A stretch of DNA of 25,966 nucleotides from Verrucomicrobiota bacterium. Lineage in GTDB: Bacteria; Verrucomicrobiota; Verrucomicrobiia; Limisphaerales; CANJXF01. Every line of letters starts with the position of its first letter. The first letter of the stretch is position 1. Of the stretch, positions 9,109 to 17,570 are shown one piece after another. The notes below the pieces were generated by a model that was not told where the DNA came from, did not search any database, and worked only from the letters and a program-made list of their open reading frames with translations. Both the position numbers and the translations under genes were made by a program. The stretch covers positions 1 through 25,966 of the forward strand of contig JBBQRQ010000075.1 in NCBI GenBank assembly GCA_038214755.1. Direction: 5' to 3'.

Positions 9109-9330
9109 ATGAAAGATTACCATATCAATATTTTCTACAGCGAAGAGGACGAAGGCTACATCGCAGATGTTCCCGATTTGGTGGCATGCTCTGCCTTCGG
9201 CATTACCCCCGCGAAGGCTCTCGAAGAAATCCAAAAAGCTAAAAAAGCCTGGTTGGAAACGGCGAAGTCGGAAAGCAAACCTGTTCCACAGCCAAAATAT
9301 CGACCAGCTATTTATCAGTTGGCTTCTTAA
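9109..9330 (+). CDS. hicB: HicB-family antitoxin (short form, no obvious DNA-binding domain)
   Basis: YSEEDEGYIADVPDL..CSAFG.TP..AL.E...A...WLE...PVPQP. Confidence 0.9.
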   Translation: MKDYHINIFYSEEDEGYIADVPDLVACSAFGITPAKALEEIQKAKKAWLETAKSESKPVPQPKYRPAIYQLAS

Positions 9331-10634
9331 TCTTCCTTCCGATCATCACGAATTCTTTTCGCGCTCCACTCGTTTAATCCGCGCTCATCGAGCGTCCGTC
9401 CCATATCAAGTCGCAATAATTCGAGCGCTTCGCCAACCAGATAGAGCGAGCCGGTGATGACGACGAAAGAATCCTGAGCCGTTGCTTCGAGCGCTTGGAC
9501 CAAAGATTTTAAAGCCACGATTTTCGCGCCGGGATTTGTTTTGCGAACAGCGCGTTGCAATTCTTCCGGCGCAGTCGTTCGTTCGCTGTTTACCGGAACG
9601 ACAAATAATTTGTCGGCAAGCGGCGCGAGGATTTCGCAAATCGAAGACCATTCCTTGTCCTGCAAAATTCCAATGATAAGCGTGAGTTTTTTTTCGAGAA
9701 AATATTTAGCCAGCGCGTCGCGTAATGCAATCGCTCCAGAAGGATTGTGCGCGCCGTCCAACAAAAACGTTTGACCCTTTTTGGTTTTAATTTGTTGAAG
9801 GCGTCCCGCCCACTGCGTTTGCGTGAGACCGGTTGCAATTGCTGATTCGGAAACGGAAATTTGACTCTGTAGAACGCGCGTTGTCGCGATTGCCAGCGCG
9901 GCGTTGAGGCGCTGATGTTCGCCGAGCAGCGAAGGCTCGATTTTGTCCAAGGGCGGCGTTCTCGTTCCCGGAACTCCAACCTGGCTAACGGAACTTTTGT
10001 TGACGCGCGCCGTTTCTAAAATGACTTCGAGCGCTTCCGGTTGAGTCGCGGATGTGAAAACGGGAACGCCAGGTTTGATGATGCCAGCTTTCTCCGCGGC
10101 GATTTGCGTCAGCGTGTTACCGAGCCATTTCTCGTGATCGAATTCCACATTTGTAATCACGCTGGCGAGTGGCGTGACAATATTCGTCGCATCAAGTCTT
10201 CCGCCCATCCCGGTTTCCCAAATCACCAGGTCGCAATTTTTTTCCACGAAATATTTCAATGCCATCACTGTCACCACCTCGAAGAAAGTGGGATGCGCGT
10301 CGTGTGGAAAATTTTTGAGCAGAGGCTGCATTTCTTCAACGAGTCGAGTGATTTCAAATTCGCTGGCGAGCTGGCGATCGACTTGAATTCGCTCGGCAAA
10401 CGAAACCAGATGTGGGGAGGTGAAAAGTCCGACGCGCAAGCCGGTCGCGCGATAAATGGCTTCCAACATGGCGCACGTAGAGCCTTTGCCATTCGTCCCG
10501 GCGACGTGAATGAAGCGAAGTTTGTCCTGAGGATTCCCAGCGAGCGCGGCAAGTTTGAAAGTATTTTCCAGCCCAAACTTTGCGCCGAACATCTGCAGGT
10601 CATAGAGAAATTGAACCGCTTGGGCGTAAGTCAT
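9327..10634 (-). CDS. folC: Bifunctional folylpolyglutamate synthase/dihydrofolate synthase
   Basis: IHVAGTNGKGST, FTSPHL, ETGMGGRLDATN, EKAGIIK, LDGAHNP, VITGSLYLVGE. Confidence 0.97.
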   Translation of the reverse strand: MTYAQAVQFLYDLQMFGAKFGLENTFKLAALAGNPQDKLRFIHVAGTNGKGSTCAMLEAIYRATGLRVGLFTSPHLVSFAERIQVDRQLASEFEITRLVEEMQPLLKNFPHDAHPTFFEVVTVMALKYFVEKNCDLVIWETGMGGRLDATNIVTPLASVITNVEFDHEKWLGNTLTQIAAEKAGIIKPGVPVFTSATQPEALEVILETARVNKSSVSQVGVPGTRTPPLDKIEPSLLGEHQRLNAALAIATTRVLQSQISVSESAIATGLTQTQWAGRLQQIKTKKGQTFLLDGAHNPSGAIALRDALAKYFLEKKLTLIIGILQDKEWSSICEILAPLADKLFVVPVNSERTTAPEELQRAVRKTNPGAKIVALKSLVQALEATAQDSFVVITGSLYLVGEALELLRLDMGRTLDERGLNEWSAKRIRDDRKED

Positions 10635-10662
10635 ACAGAAAATCTCGCGCGGAATTCGCCGA

Positions 10663-11298
10663 TTATTTCAATCGTGAAGAATCGATGTCGAGGAGTTCGT
10701 ACTCTTTCCAATTCACGTCGTCAAAGTGCCACCATTCCGTCGGCAAGCCAATGAAGCCGTGCTTCTCCATCACGCGTTCGAGCAGGTTTCGATTTCGAAT
10801 CGCCTCGCCCGAAGTGTCCGAAAAATCTCGATGCGCCTTTTCCGAAAATTCATCGTAGGCGGAGGGCATCAACAATTCTTTTCGGTCCTTCAAATTGATG
10901 AGTGTCACATCCACCGCTGCGCCGCGATTGTGCCGTGAACCCTTCGCCGGATTGGCCACGTAACCTTCGTGTGGATAAATTGCCCACATTTCTCTTTGGA
11001 CGGAGAGCGGACGATAGGCATCGTAAATTTTCAGACCAAATCCCATGCGATTGAATTCTCTTTGGGCGTCGCAGAGTTTTTCCGCCACCGGCCGACGCAA
11101 GAAACATCGGTCGCTGTCGTAAAGTTTTTTTCCAGTGAAATTGTTTGTGGTGGCGTATCGAATATCCAGCACGATGTTCGGAATGATTTTCTTCACCTCG
11201 ACCAAATCGCTCGGAACGGTCGTGGCGCAGGAAATTGCCAACGCGCAACCGACAAAAGAAAAAAATCGCAGAGGGAAAAATTTTAGGTGTCGAGTCAC
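10663..11298 (-). CDS. ddpX: D-alanyl-D-alanine dipeptidase (VanX/DdpX, peptidase M15D), probable lipoprotein
   Basis: DIRYATTNNFTG, IYDAYRP, SRHNRGAAVD, EWWHFD; N-terminal hydrophobic stretch ending LAISC. Confidence 0.92.
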   Translation of the reverse strand: MTRHLKFFPLRFFSFVGCALAISCATTVPSDLVEVKKIIPNIVLDIRYATTNNFTGKKLYDSDRCFLRRPVAEKLCDAQREFNRMGFGLKIYDAYRPLSVQREMWAIYPHEGYVANPAKGSRHNRGAAVDVTLINLKDRKELLMPSAYDEFSEKAHRDFSDTSGEAIRNRNLLERVMEKHGFIGLPTEWWHFDDVNWKEYELLDIDSSRLK

Positions 11299-11346
11299 GG
11301 GAACGACGGATAACGTTTAAGACGCCAGCCGTCAACGGAGTAGAAC

Positions 11347-11605
11347 GTGCTGCCGAGATCCTCTCGGAAGAGAATAAAATATTAACCCGCATTTCTCACC
11401 GGAGCGCGGCATTTATGCCGCTTCGTCGTGGCTGGCAGCCAGCCGTGGAACAGATTCAAGCGCTTTTCCAGTTCGACAGTTGAAGCGGCATAAATGCCGC
11501 GCTCCTACAGCATGTCGGGTATTCAGTTTTACGGTGAGAAATGCGGGTTCATTCACGCGGGTTTGAAGTTTGCTCGCCTTTCTGCCGAGAGGATCTCGGC
11601 AGCAC
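11347..11605. repeat. Triple-nested inverted-repeat element
   Basis: IR-A GTGCTGCCGAGATCCTCTCGG (11347-11367 / 11585-11605); IR-B AACCCGCATTTCTCACCG (11384-11401 / 11532-11549); IR-C GGAGCGCGGCATTTATGCCGCTTC (11401-11424 / 11482-11505). All three pairs are perfect. Confidence 0.92.
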
Positions 11606-11611
11606 CTTCGC

Positions 11612-13051
11612 TCACGCCAGGACTCCTCGAACCGGATGTCCGTAAACATCGGTGAGGCGAAAATCCCGTCCAGCGTAGCGATAGGTAAATTTCTCGTGAT
11701 CGAAACCGAGCAGATGAAGAATGGTCGCGTGGAGATCGTGAACGTGAACAATATTCTCGACGGCTTTGAAACCAAATTCATCGGTCGCGCCATAAACCGT
11801 TGCACCTTTGATGCCGCCGCCCGCGAGCAAAACTGAAAATCCGTACGGATTGTGATCGCGACCATATTTCGCGTCGCCTTTGTCGTTCAATTCAACGGTG
11901 GGCGTGCGGCCAAATTCGCCGCCCACGATAATCAAAGTGTCTTCGAGCATCCCGCGCTGTTTTAAGTCGTGGATCAACGCGGCGACGGGTTGATCAATTT
12001 GCTTCGCCAGATCGCGATGGGTTTTCTCGATGTTCTCATGGCTGTCCCACGGCTGGCTTGCCCCATGCCAAAGCTGGATGAAGCGCACTCCGCGTTCGAG
12101 CAAACGGCGAGCGATCAACGTCTGCCGGCCATGCACGCTGTCGCCATACAGTTGCCGAATCGATTCCGGCTCGCCTGTCACGTCGAACGTGTCCGCCGCT
12201 TCCATTTGCATTCGAAAAGCCAATTCAAAAGATTGAATCCGCGATTCCAATCGCCCGTCGCGTTGGCGCGCTTGTTGATGTTCCGCGTTGAGTTGCTGCA
12301 ACAAATCGAGTTGCTGTCGTTGCCCTTTAATCGAAGTAAAATTGCTCCGAATATTTTCAATGAGCTTCTCGATCTTCGTGTGCTGCGAATCGATATAAGT
12401 CCCCTGATAAACGCCGGGGAGAAATCCACTTTGCCAATTATCGGTTTCTTTAATCGGATAACCGCCCGGACACATCACGATAAACCCGGGAAGATTTAAA
12501 TTCTCGGTGCCCAAACCGTAAGTAATCCACGAACCAACGCTCGGACGGCTTTGCACCGCGTCTCCACAATTCATCAACATCAGCGACGGCTCGTGGTTCG
12601 GCACTTCGGCTTTCATCGACCGAATAATTGCGCAGTCATCAATGCACTCGCCGATCTTCGGAAAAATTTCGCTGACCTCGATTCCGCTCTGACCGTACTT
12701 TTTAAACTTGAACGGCGAAGGAAATGCCGCGCCGGTTTTACGCTCGGTCTTGATGTATTCGCCGGGAAGTGGTTTGCCGGAATATTTTGCGAGAAGCGGT
12801 TTGGGGTCAAACGTATCCACGTGCGATGGCCCGCCGTTGAGAAAAAAATGAACAACGCGTTTTGCTCTCCCCGGAAATTGCGGCGTCCTCGGCGAAAGCG
12901 GATTTACATTTTCCGCGTGCGCCGACGGCAAAAGTAAACTGGTGTCGCCAAACATCGCCGCCAAACTCAACGCGCCCATACCCATTCCGCACTTCGAGAG
13001 AAACTCCCGTCGCGTCAAAAACGCGTCTTCTAGACTGGGCCGGTGAGACAT
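11612..13051 (-). CDS. DUF1501 family protein, Tat-exported
   Basis: TRREFL Tat motif; GGPSHVDTFDPKP, ARRLLERGVRF, WDSH, GGEFGRTP, GRDHNP, HDLHATILHLLG, GRDFRLTDV. Confidence 0.93.
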   Translation of the reverse strand: MSHRPSLEDAFLTRREFLSKCGMGMGALSLAAMFGDTSLLLPSAHAENVNPLSPRTPQFPGRAKRVVHFFLNGGPSHVDTFDPKPLLAKYSGKPLPGEYIKTERKTGAAFPSPFKFKKYGQSGIEVSEIFPKIGECIDDCAIIRSMKAEVPNHEPSLMLMNCGDAVQSRPSVGSWITYGLGTENLNLPGFIVMCPGGYPIKETDNWQSGFLPGVYQGTYIDSQHTKIEKLIENIRSNFTSIKGQRQQLDLLQQLNAEHQQARQRDGRLESRIQSFELAFRMQMEAADTFDVTGEPESIRQLYGDSVHGRQTLIARRLLERGVRFIQLWHGASQPWDSHENIEKTHRDLAKQIDQPVAALIHDLKQRGMLEDTLIIVGGEFGRTPTVELNDKGDAKYGRDHNPYGFSVLLAGGGIKGATVYGATDEFGFKAVENIVHVHDLHATILHLLGFDHEKFTYRYAGRDFRLTDVYGHPVRGVLA

Positions 13052-13054
13052 AAA

Positions 13055-16000
13055 TCAATCCACGAATAAAAACTCATTCGAGAGCAGCAACACTTGCGCA
13101 TATTTTTCCCAAGCCGTCATTGGTTTTCGTTCCTCTGATGGCGGACCGCTGAATTCTTTTTTCGCATTCCATTCTTTGGCGTAGCCGTTGGCATCGCGAA
13201 TCGCTTTTGGGCCAGCCATTTTAATACTTGGTGCCCAAAGAAAATCGTTGTTGTTCAAACTCTCGTGAATCGAAACCAGGAAATCAATCGTATCGCCTTG
13301 CTTCACTTCCAAATTCTCAATTTTTGTTTCGGCGCTTTGATTGTGCAGCGTCCACTCGCCTAACAAACCCTTTTGGCTGGAAATAATTTTCGCGCGAACG
13401 CCGTGTCCCTCGGGATGCGTGTGCTGGATTTTTCCCTCGATTGAAATTGCGCCGTCCACAGGAGAAACCCATCGGCGCACCACGGCGTGTGGCAAATCAT
13501 TTCCGGTGTGACCACCGGACGCGGTCAATTGCGCCCAGCCCAATTGCGCGTCCGGCAAATCTTTTCCACCTTGCCACGCGTCGCCGGTGAAATACGGCAA
13601 CAACCCGAAATTTTTCACTTGTTTGATCGCCTCGTCGAATTCGCCAAAGCCATATCTCCAAGGCGAAGGAATTTTCCTCGACGATTGCTCTTCGACCATT
13701 TCGGCCTCAGCCGCCTTGATGAATTCTTTGCCGAATTGCACTTGCCCCGTGGTTGGTTTGCGCTGAAAAACGATGGGGTAAAATTCTCTGATTTTTTCTT
13801 CGTCGGTTTTCTTTCGCGGAATGGGAGTTATCACAGGTTTCTTGCGAGCAGGTATTTCGCAACGCGTGAGATCGCCAACTCTCAAAGCGAGCGCCTTGGC
13901 TTGCTCGACGACAAATGGCCCGTTCATAAAAAACAAGGCCTGTTGCGGAACGGTGGTTTCGGAGCGCTGTGGATTGTGCATGTCCGGATTGGCGAAATCG
14001 AAAACGCGCAGCGCTCCGGGTAAAAACTGGCGGTCGATGAAACCATAAATTGAACGGCGTTTGCTGAATGGCGGTTTGAATAAGTCCTCCGCCTTGCCGC
14101 CCATCTTCGGATCGAGCTGACCCGAGGTGAACAGGAGTGAATCCCGCAACGATTCAAAATCCAGCCGCGGGCGATTCATCCGTGAAAGAAGTCTGTTTTC
14201 CGGATCAATCCTAGCCGACGACGTGACGAGTCGGTCTGAAATATTTCCACTCCCATCCATGACGCCGGAACGCCGATCTCCTGATCGGCTCGTAACCAGC
14301 AAAGTTTTTTCCGAGCCGATCAGGAGATCGGCGCTCCTACCGCGTCGTGTCTGTGATGTGCGATTGCTGAGCGAGGCGCTTCTCCTGACGTCGTCTGCCA
14401 CATCACTCTCCTGTTGATAAACCGCTGAAAGCAAAATCAGCCGATGCAATTTTTTCATCGACCAGCCGTTCTCCATAAAATTCTTCGCGAGCCAATCGAG
14501 CAATTCGGGATGAGTCGGCGGCTCAGAGCGAATTCCAAAATCGCTGGGAGTTCGGACCAACCCGTTTCCGAAATGATGCGCCCAGACGCGATTCACAAAA
14601 ACGCGGGCGGTGAGCGGATTGGCTTTGCTCGCGATGGCCTCGGCCAATTCCAAACGGCCACTTCCGTTTTCAAACCGTTTCCGTTTTTCTCCCGACAAAA
14701 TTTCCAGAAACTGTCGGGGAACTTCTTCACCTTTACTGGCGGGATTGCCGCGCTTGAAGACTCGCGGATTTTTCTGCGTGAGGCGATCTTCGAGAATCAC
14801 GGCGTGAGGCGGCGCGCCGGGCGACTGAATAATCCACTGGTCGATTTGCGCCTGAAGCGTGGACAATTCAACGCGAGTCGGTTCGTCGAAATACCATTCC
14901 ATATCCACAATCGCGCCCGCCGGAACTGTTGCCGGCGAATCGGTCGCATACAAAACCTGGCGCAACTCTTCCTCGTTTTTGTTGAGCGCGGAATTTTTAT
15001 CCGCCGCTTCGCTCCATTTTTTATTTACGCCAGTCAAAAGCTTTCCATAAGTCTCAGCGACATCGCGCATCGAAGTCGGAACTTTTTCTGCGAACGCTTT
15101 TTCGACGAGTGGATTTAGTTTTTGGGCCACATTGGTCAAAGAGGAGATGACGGAAGCGGCTTTTGCAGAAAATTCGTTCGTCGAAAGCGCCGCATAGGCG
15201 TGCCACGGCGACCAGATTGGATGAAAGTTTTTTGCGGTGCCGAGCAAATAAGAATTCCACTGGCGGACAATCACCGGATTCACGTCGTCGGCTTGCACGA
15301 ACGAATAAAAAATTTCGCTCGGCCATTTTTCGACATCTAAAACTGCGACAAGGTAATCCGTCGTCTTCGCGCGAAACCGTTTTGATTGTTCTTCGCGCCT
15401 GGTATGGAAAGCGGATTGAAATTTTGCTTCGCGATTTTTCAATTCCTTTTCGAAATCGAGATACGCTTTGGCCGGTTGCGACGTGGCGCTTAATGGAACT
15501 TCGCGCTCATAACCGCCGGCAAATACACCGTAGAGCGAGTAATAATCCTTCGTCGGAATCGGGTCGAACTTGTGATCGTGACAGCGCGCGCAACCGACCG
15601 TCAGCGCCTGCGTGCCGCGCATGACGACATCAATCCGATCATCAATAATGTCGTGGACGACTCCGAGAAACCGCCGGCCGAGAGTGAGGAAACCCATCGC
15701 GGCGAGCGAATCACGATCCGCGTCGGCCAACTGATCGGCGGCAATTTGCAGTTTGAGAAAGCGGTCGTAGGGCATGTCGTCATTCAGCGAGCGAATCACC
15801 CAATCTCGATACGCAGACGAATGAATGAACTTCGTCTCTTCGCGACCGCCATAGACGTAACCTTTCGTATCAGCGAAACGCGCGACATCGAGCCAGTATC
15901 GCCCCCACCGTTCGCCGTAACGCGGCGAGGCGAGCAAGCGATCAACCACTTTTTCAAAGGCATCCGGCGATTTATCTTTTACGAACGCTTCTACTTCTTC

Positions 16001-16651
16001 AAACGTCGGAGGAAGCCCGGTTAAATCAAAACTGGCGCGGCGAATCAGAGTTCGTTTGTCGGCAACTGGGGATGGTTGAAGCCCTTTCTCTTCCAACTTC
16101 GCCAAAATAAAATTATCAATCGGAGTCTGCGGCCAACGATTGTTTTTTACTTTTGGAAGAGGGGGATTTTTAACCGGCTGAAAAGCCCAATGGCTTTTGG
16201 CTCTCGCGGAATTTGGGGAATTGAATTTTAAATCTTCAGTGGAGTTAGTCCGTGGATCAGGCGCGCCAGAATTGATCCACGCGACAAAATCTGCAATTTG
16301 CTGATCGTTTAATTTGCCCCCGGCTTTCGGCGGCGGCATTTGCAAATCTTCGTTTTTGTAACGAATCGCTTCGATCAACCGGCTCGCTTCCGCATTGCCG
16401 GGAACAAGGGCCGGTTTTCCAGACTCTCCACCTTTGAGAATTCCTTCTTTACGGTCGAGGAGCAGGCCGCTTTTCAGTTTTTCCGCTTCGGCGCTGTGAC
16501 ATTTGTAACAACGTTCCGCGAGGACTGGCCGGATTTTCGTTTCAAAAAACTCGAAGTTTTCGTTGGCGCAAAGTTGTTCGACGCTCGCCAAAAACAGCCG
16601 CGATATCGCGAATGCGAAACAAATGAAACGTGCTGTGCTTGGCTTGAGCAT
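13055..16651 (-). CDS. Planctomycete cytochrome c / DUF1549 / DUF1553 (PSD1) protein
   Basis: FFETKIRPVL..RCYKCH, HWAFQP, YGERWGRYWLDVAR, CARCHDHKFDP, NPLTARVFVNRVW, PTHPELLDWLA, PQQALFFMN, SNEFLFVD; directly upstream of the DUF1501 gene. Confidence 0.95.
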   Translation of the reverse strand: MLKPSTARFICFAFAISRLFLASVEQLCANENFEFFETKIRPVLAERCYKCHSAEAEKLKSGLLLDRKEGILKGGESGKPALVPGNAEASRLIEAIRYKNEDLQMPPPKAGGKLNDQQIADFVAWINSGAPDPRTNSTEDLKFNSPNSARAKSHWAFQPVKNPPLPKVKNNRWPQTPIDNFILAKLEEKGLQPSPVADKRTLIRRASFDLTGLPPTFEEVEAFVKDKSPDAFEKVVDRLLASPRYGERWGRYWLDVARFADTKGYVYGGREETKFIHSSAYRDWVIRSLNDDMPYDRFLKLQIAADQLADADRDSLAAMGFLTLGRRFLGVVHDIIDDRIDVVMRGTQALTVGCARCHDHKFDPIPTKDYYSLYGVFAGGYEREVPLSATSQPAKAYLDFEKELKNREAKFQSAFHTRREEQSKRFRAKTTDYLVAVLDVEKWPSEIFYSFVQADDVNPVIVRQWNSYLLGTAKNFHPIWSPWHAYAALSTNEFSAKAASVISSLTNVAQKLNPLVEKAFAEKVPTSMRDVAETYGKLLTGVNKKWSEAADKNSALNKNEEELRQVLYATDSPATVPAGAIVDMEWYFDEPTRVELSTLQAQIDQWIIQSPGAPPHAVILEDRLTQKNPRVFKRGNPASKGEEVPRQFLEILSGEKRKRFENGSGRLELAEAIASKANPLTARVFVNRVWAHHFGNGLVRTPSDFGIRSEPPTHPELLDWLAKNFMENGWSMKKLHRLILLSAVYQQESDVADDVRRSASLSNRTSQTRRGRSADLLIGSEKTLLVTSRSGDRRSGVMDGSGNISDRLVTSSARIDPENRLLSRMNRPRLDFESLRDSLLFTSGQLDPKMGGKAEDLFKPPFSKRRSIYGFIDRQFLPGALRVFDFANPDMHNPQRSETTVPQQALFFMNGPFVVEQAKALALRVGDLTRCEIPARKKPVITPIPRKKTDEEKIREFYPIVFQRKPTTGQVQFGKEFIKAAEAEMVEEQSSRKIPSPWRYGFGEFDEAIKQVKNFGLLPYFTGDAWQGGKDLPDAQLGWAQLTASGGHTGNDLPHAVVRRWVSPVDGAISIEGKIQHTHPEGHGVRAKIISSQKGLLGEWTLHNQSAETKIENLEVKQGDTIDFLVSIHESLNNNDFLWAPSIKMAGPKAIRDANGYAKEWNAKKEFSGPPSEERKPMTAWEKYAQVLLLSNEFLFVD
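14211..14401. repeat. Nested REP-like doublets inserted in frame in the DUF1553 coding sequence
   Basis: Outer imperfect IR CTAGCCGACGACGTGACGAG / CTCCTGACGTCGTCTGCCAC; inner IR GGAACGCCGATCTCCTGATCGGCTCG (14267-14292) / CGAGCCGATCAGGAGATCGGCGCTCC (14312-14337), one mismatch. Confidence 0.85.
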
Positions 16652-16737
16652 GGGAACTCTGCCAAGGATAAATTATTCGTGCGAAAATTGAAGGCCAATC
16701 AATCGCAGCAACCAACATTTTTTCCGATGGATTGAAA

Positions 16738-17310
16738 TCAAGTGTTTCCCCACTGCGGATTTTCCATGAAGGCGTAGCAAACCAAATGGCAAATCGCCAT
16801 CTGCGCATCTTCGACTCGTCCGTAATGCGTGTCGTTAATGACGAGAGTTTGGTCCGCGATTTCCGCCATGCGGCCCCGTTTGGCTCCGACCAGCGCGATG
16901 GTTTTCAAACCGTTTTTCTTCGACCATTCGAGCGCCTTCACGCAATTGGGTGAATTGCCGCTGACGCTCAGAGAAAGAACCACGTCGCCTTGGCGTCCAT
17001 AATTTTCCAATTGGCGGACGAAAATATCTTCGTAAGCGTAATCGTTTCCGATGGCGGTCATCCAACTGACATTGTCGTTGAGCGAGAGGACGCGAAAACG
17101 TTTGCCGGTTTTATCCGAAGCGCCTTTGCCAAGGTCGGTGGCGAAATGCGAAGCGTTGGCCGCGCTGCCGCCGTTGCCGAAAACAAAAATCTGCCGGTCC
17201 TCTTTGAGAGCCTGCTGAAATGTCTTGATGATCGTCGCGACGCCTTCAACCGGGATGGAATCGAGCGCAGCTTTTTGAGTTTTGAGGTAATCGGAAATCC
17301 AGTCGTTCAT
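16738..17310 (-). CDS. SIS-domain sugar-phosphate isomerase (GmhA/phosphoheptose isomerase-like)
   Basis: FGNGGSAANASHF, TAIGNDY.YEDIF.RQL, SVSGNSPN, YGRVED.QM..CH; start at MNDWISD preferred over 17337. Confidence 0.9.
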   Translation of the reverse strand: MNDWISDYLKTQKAALDSIPVEGVATIIKTFQQALKEDRQIFVFGNGGSAANASHFATDLGKGASDKTGKRFRVLSLNDNVSWMTAIGNDYAYEDIFVRQLENYGRQGDVVLSLSVSGNSPNCVKALEWSKKNGLKTIALVGAKRGRMAEIADQTLVINDTHYGRVEDAQMAICHLVCYAFMENPQWGNT

Positions 17311-17388
17311 CGGCGCGAGTTTAATTGTGGGGCACATGAATACAAGTCTCGCCGAGAGCGGTGTCGCGACACGATCTTTTCCCCGCGC

Positions 17389-17416
17389 TTGACGCGACTT
17401 TCTCCTTTGTTAACCT
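17389..17416 (+). promoter_or_regulatory. Probable sigma70 promoter of the aroF leader
   Basis: TTGACG (17389-17394), 16-bp spacer, TG-n-TAACCT extended -10 (hexamer 17411-17416), about 10 nt upstream of the leader ATG. Confidence 0.6.
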
Positions 17417-17425
17417 GCCAACGAA

Positions 17426-17494
17426 ATGAATTTGAGCAGCTTTCGATTTAGCGCTTTCTGGTTTGGCGAATATTTTATCGCCAACCTGCGCTAG
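17426..17494 (+). CDS. Aromatic amino acid attenuator leader peptide MNLSSFRFSAFWFGEYFIANLR
   Basis: 22 codons with 5 Phe, 1 Trp and 1 Tyr within codons 6-17, directly upstream of a terminator and the DAHP synthase gene. Confidence 0.85.
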   Translation: MNLSSFRFSAFWFGEYFIANLR

Positions 17495-17521
17495 GCTGCG
17501 TTTGATTTAAACACAACCCCA

Positions 17522-17549
17522 GCCGCAGGTCGCACCTGCGGTTTTTTTT
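17522..17549 (+). terminator. Attenuator terminator hairpin upstream of aroF
   Basis: GCCGCAGGT-CGC-ACCTGCGGT plus T8; its 5' arm CAGCCGCAGGT can instead pair with ACCTGCG-ctag-GCTG (17484-17498). Confidence 0.88.
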
Positions 17550-17570
17550 GTGACCTGCGATTAGAAAAAT

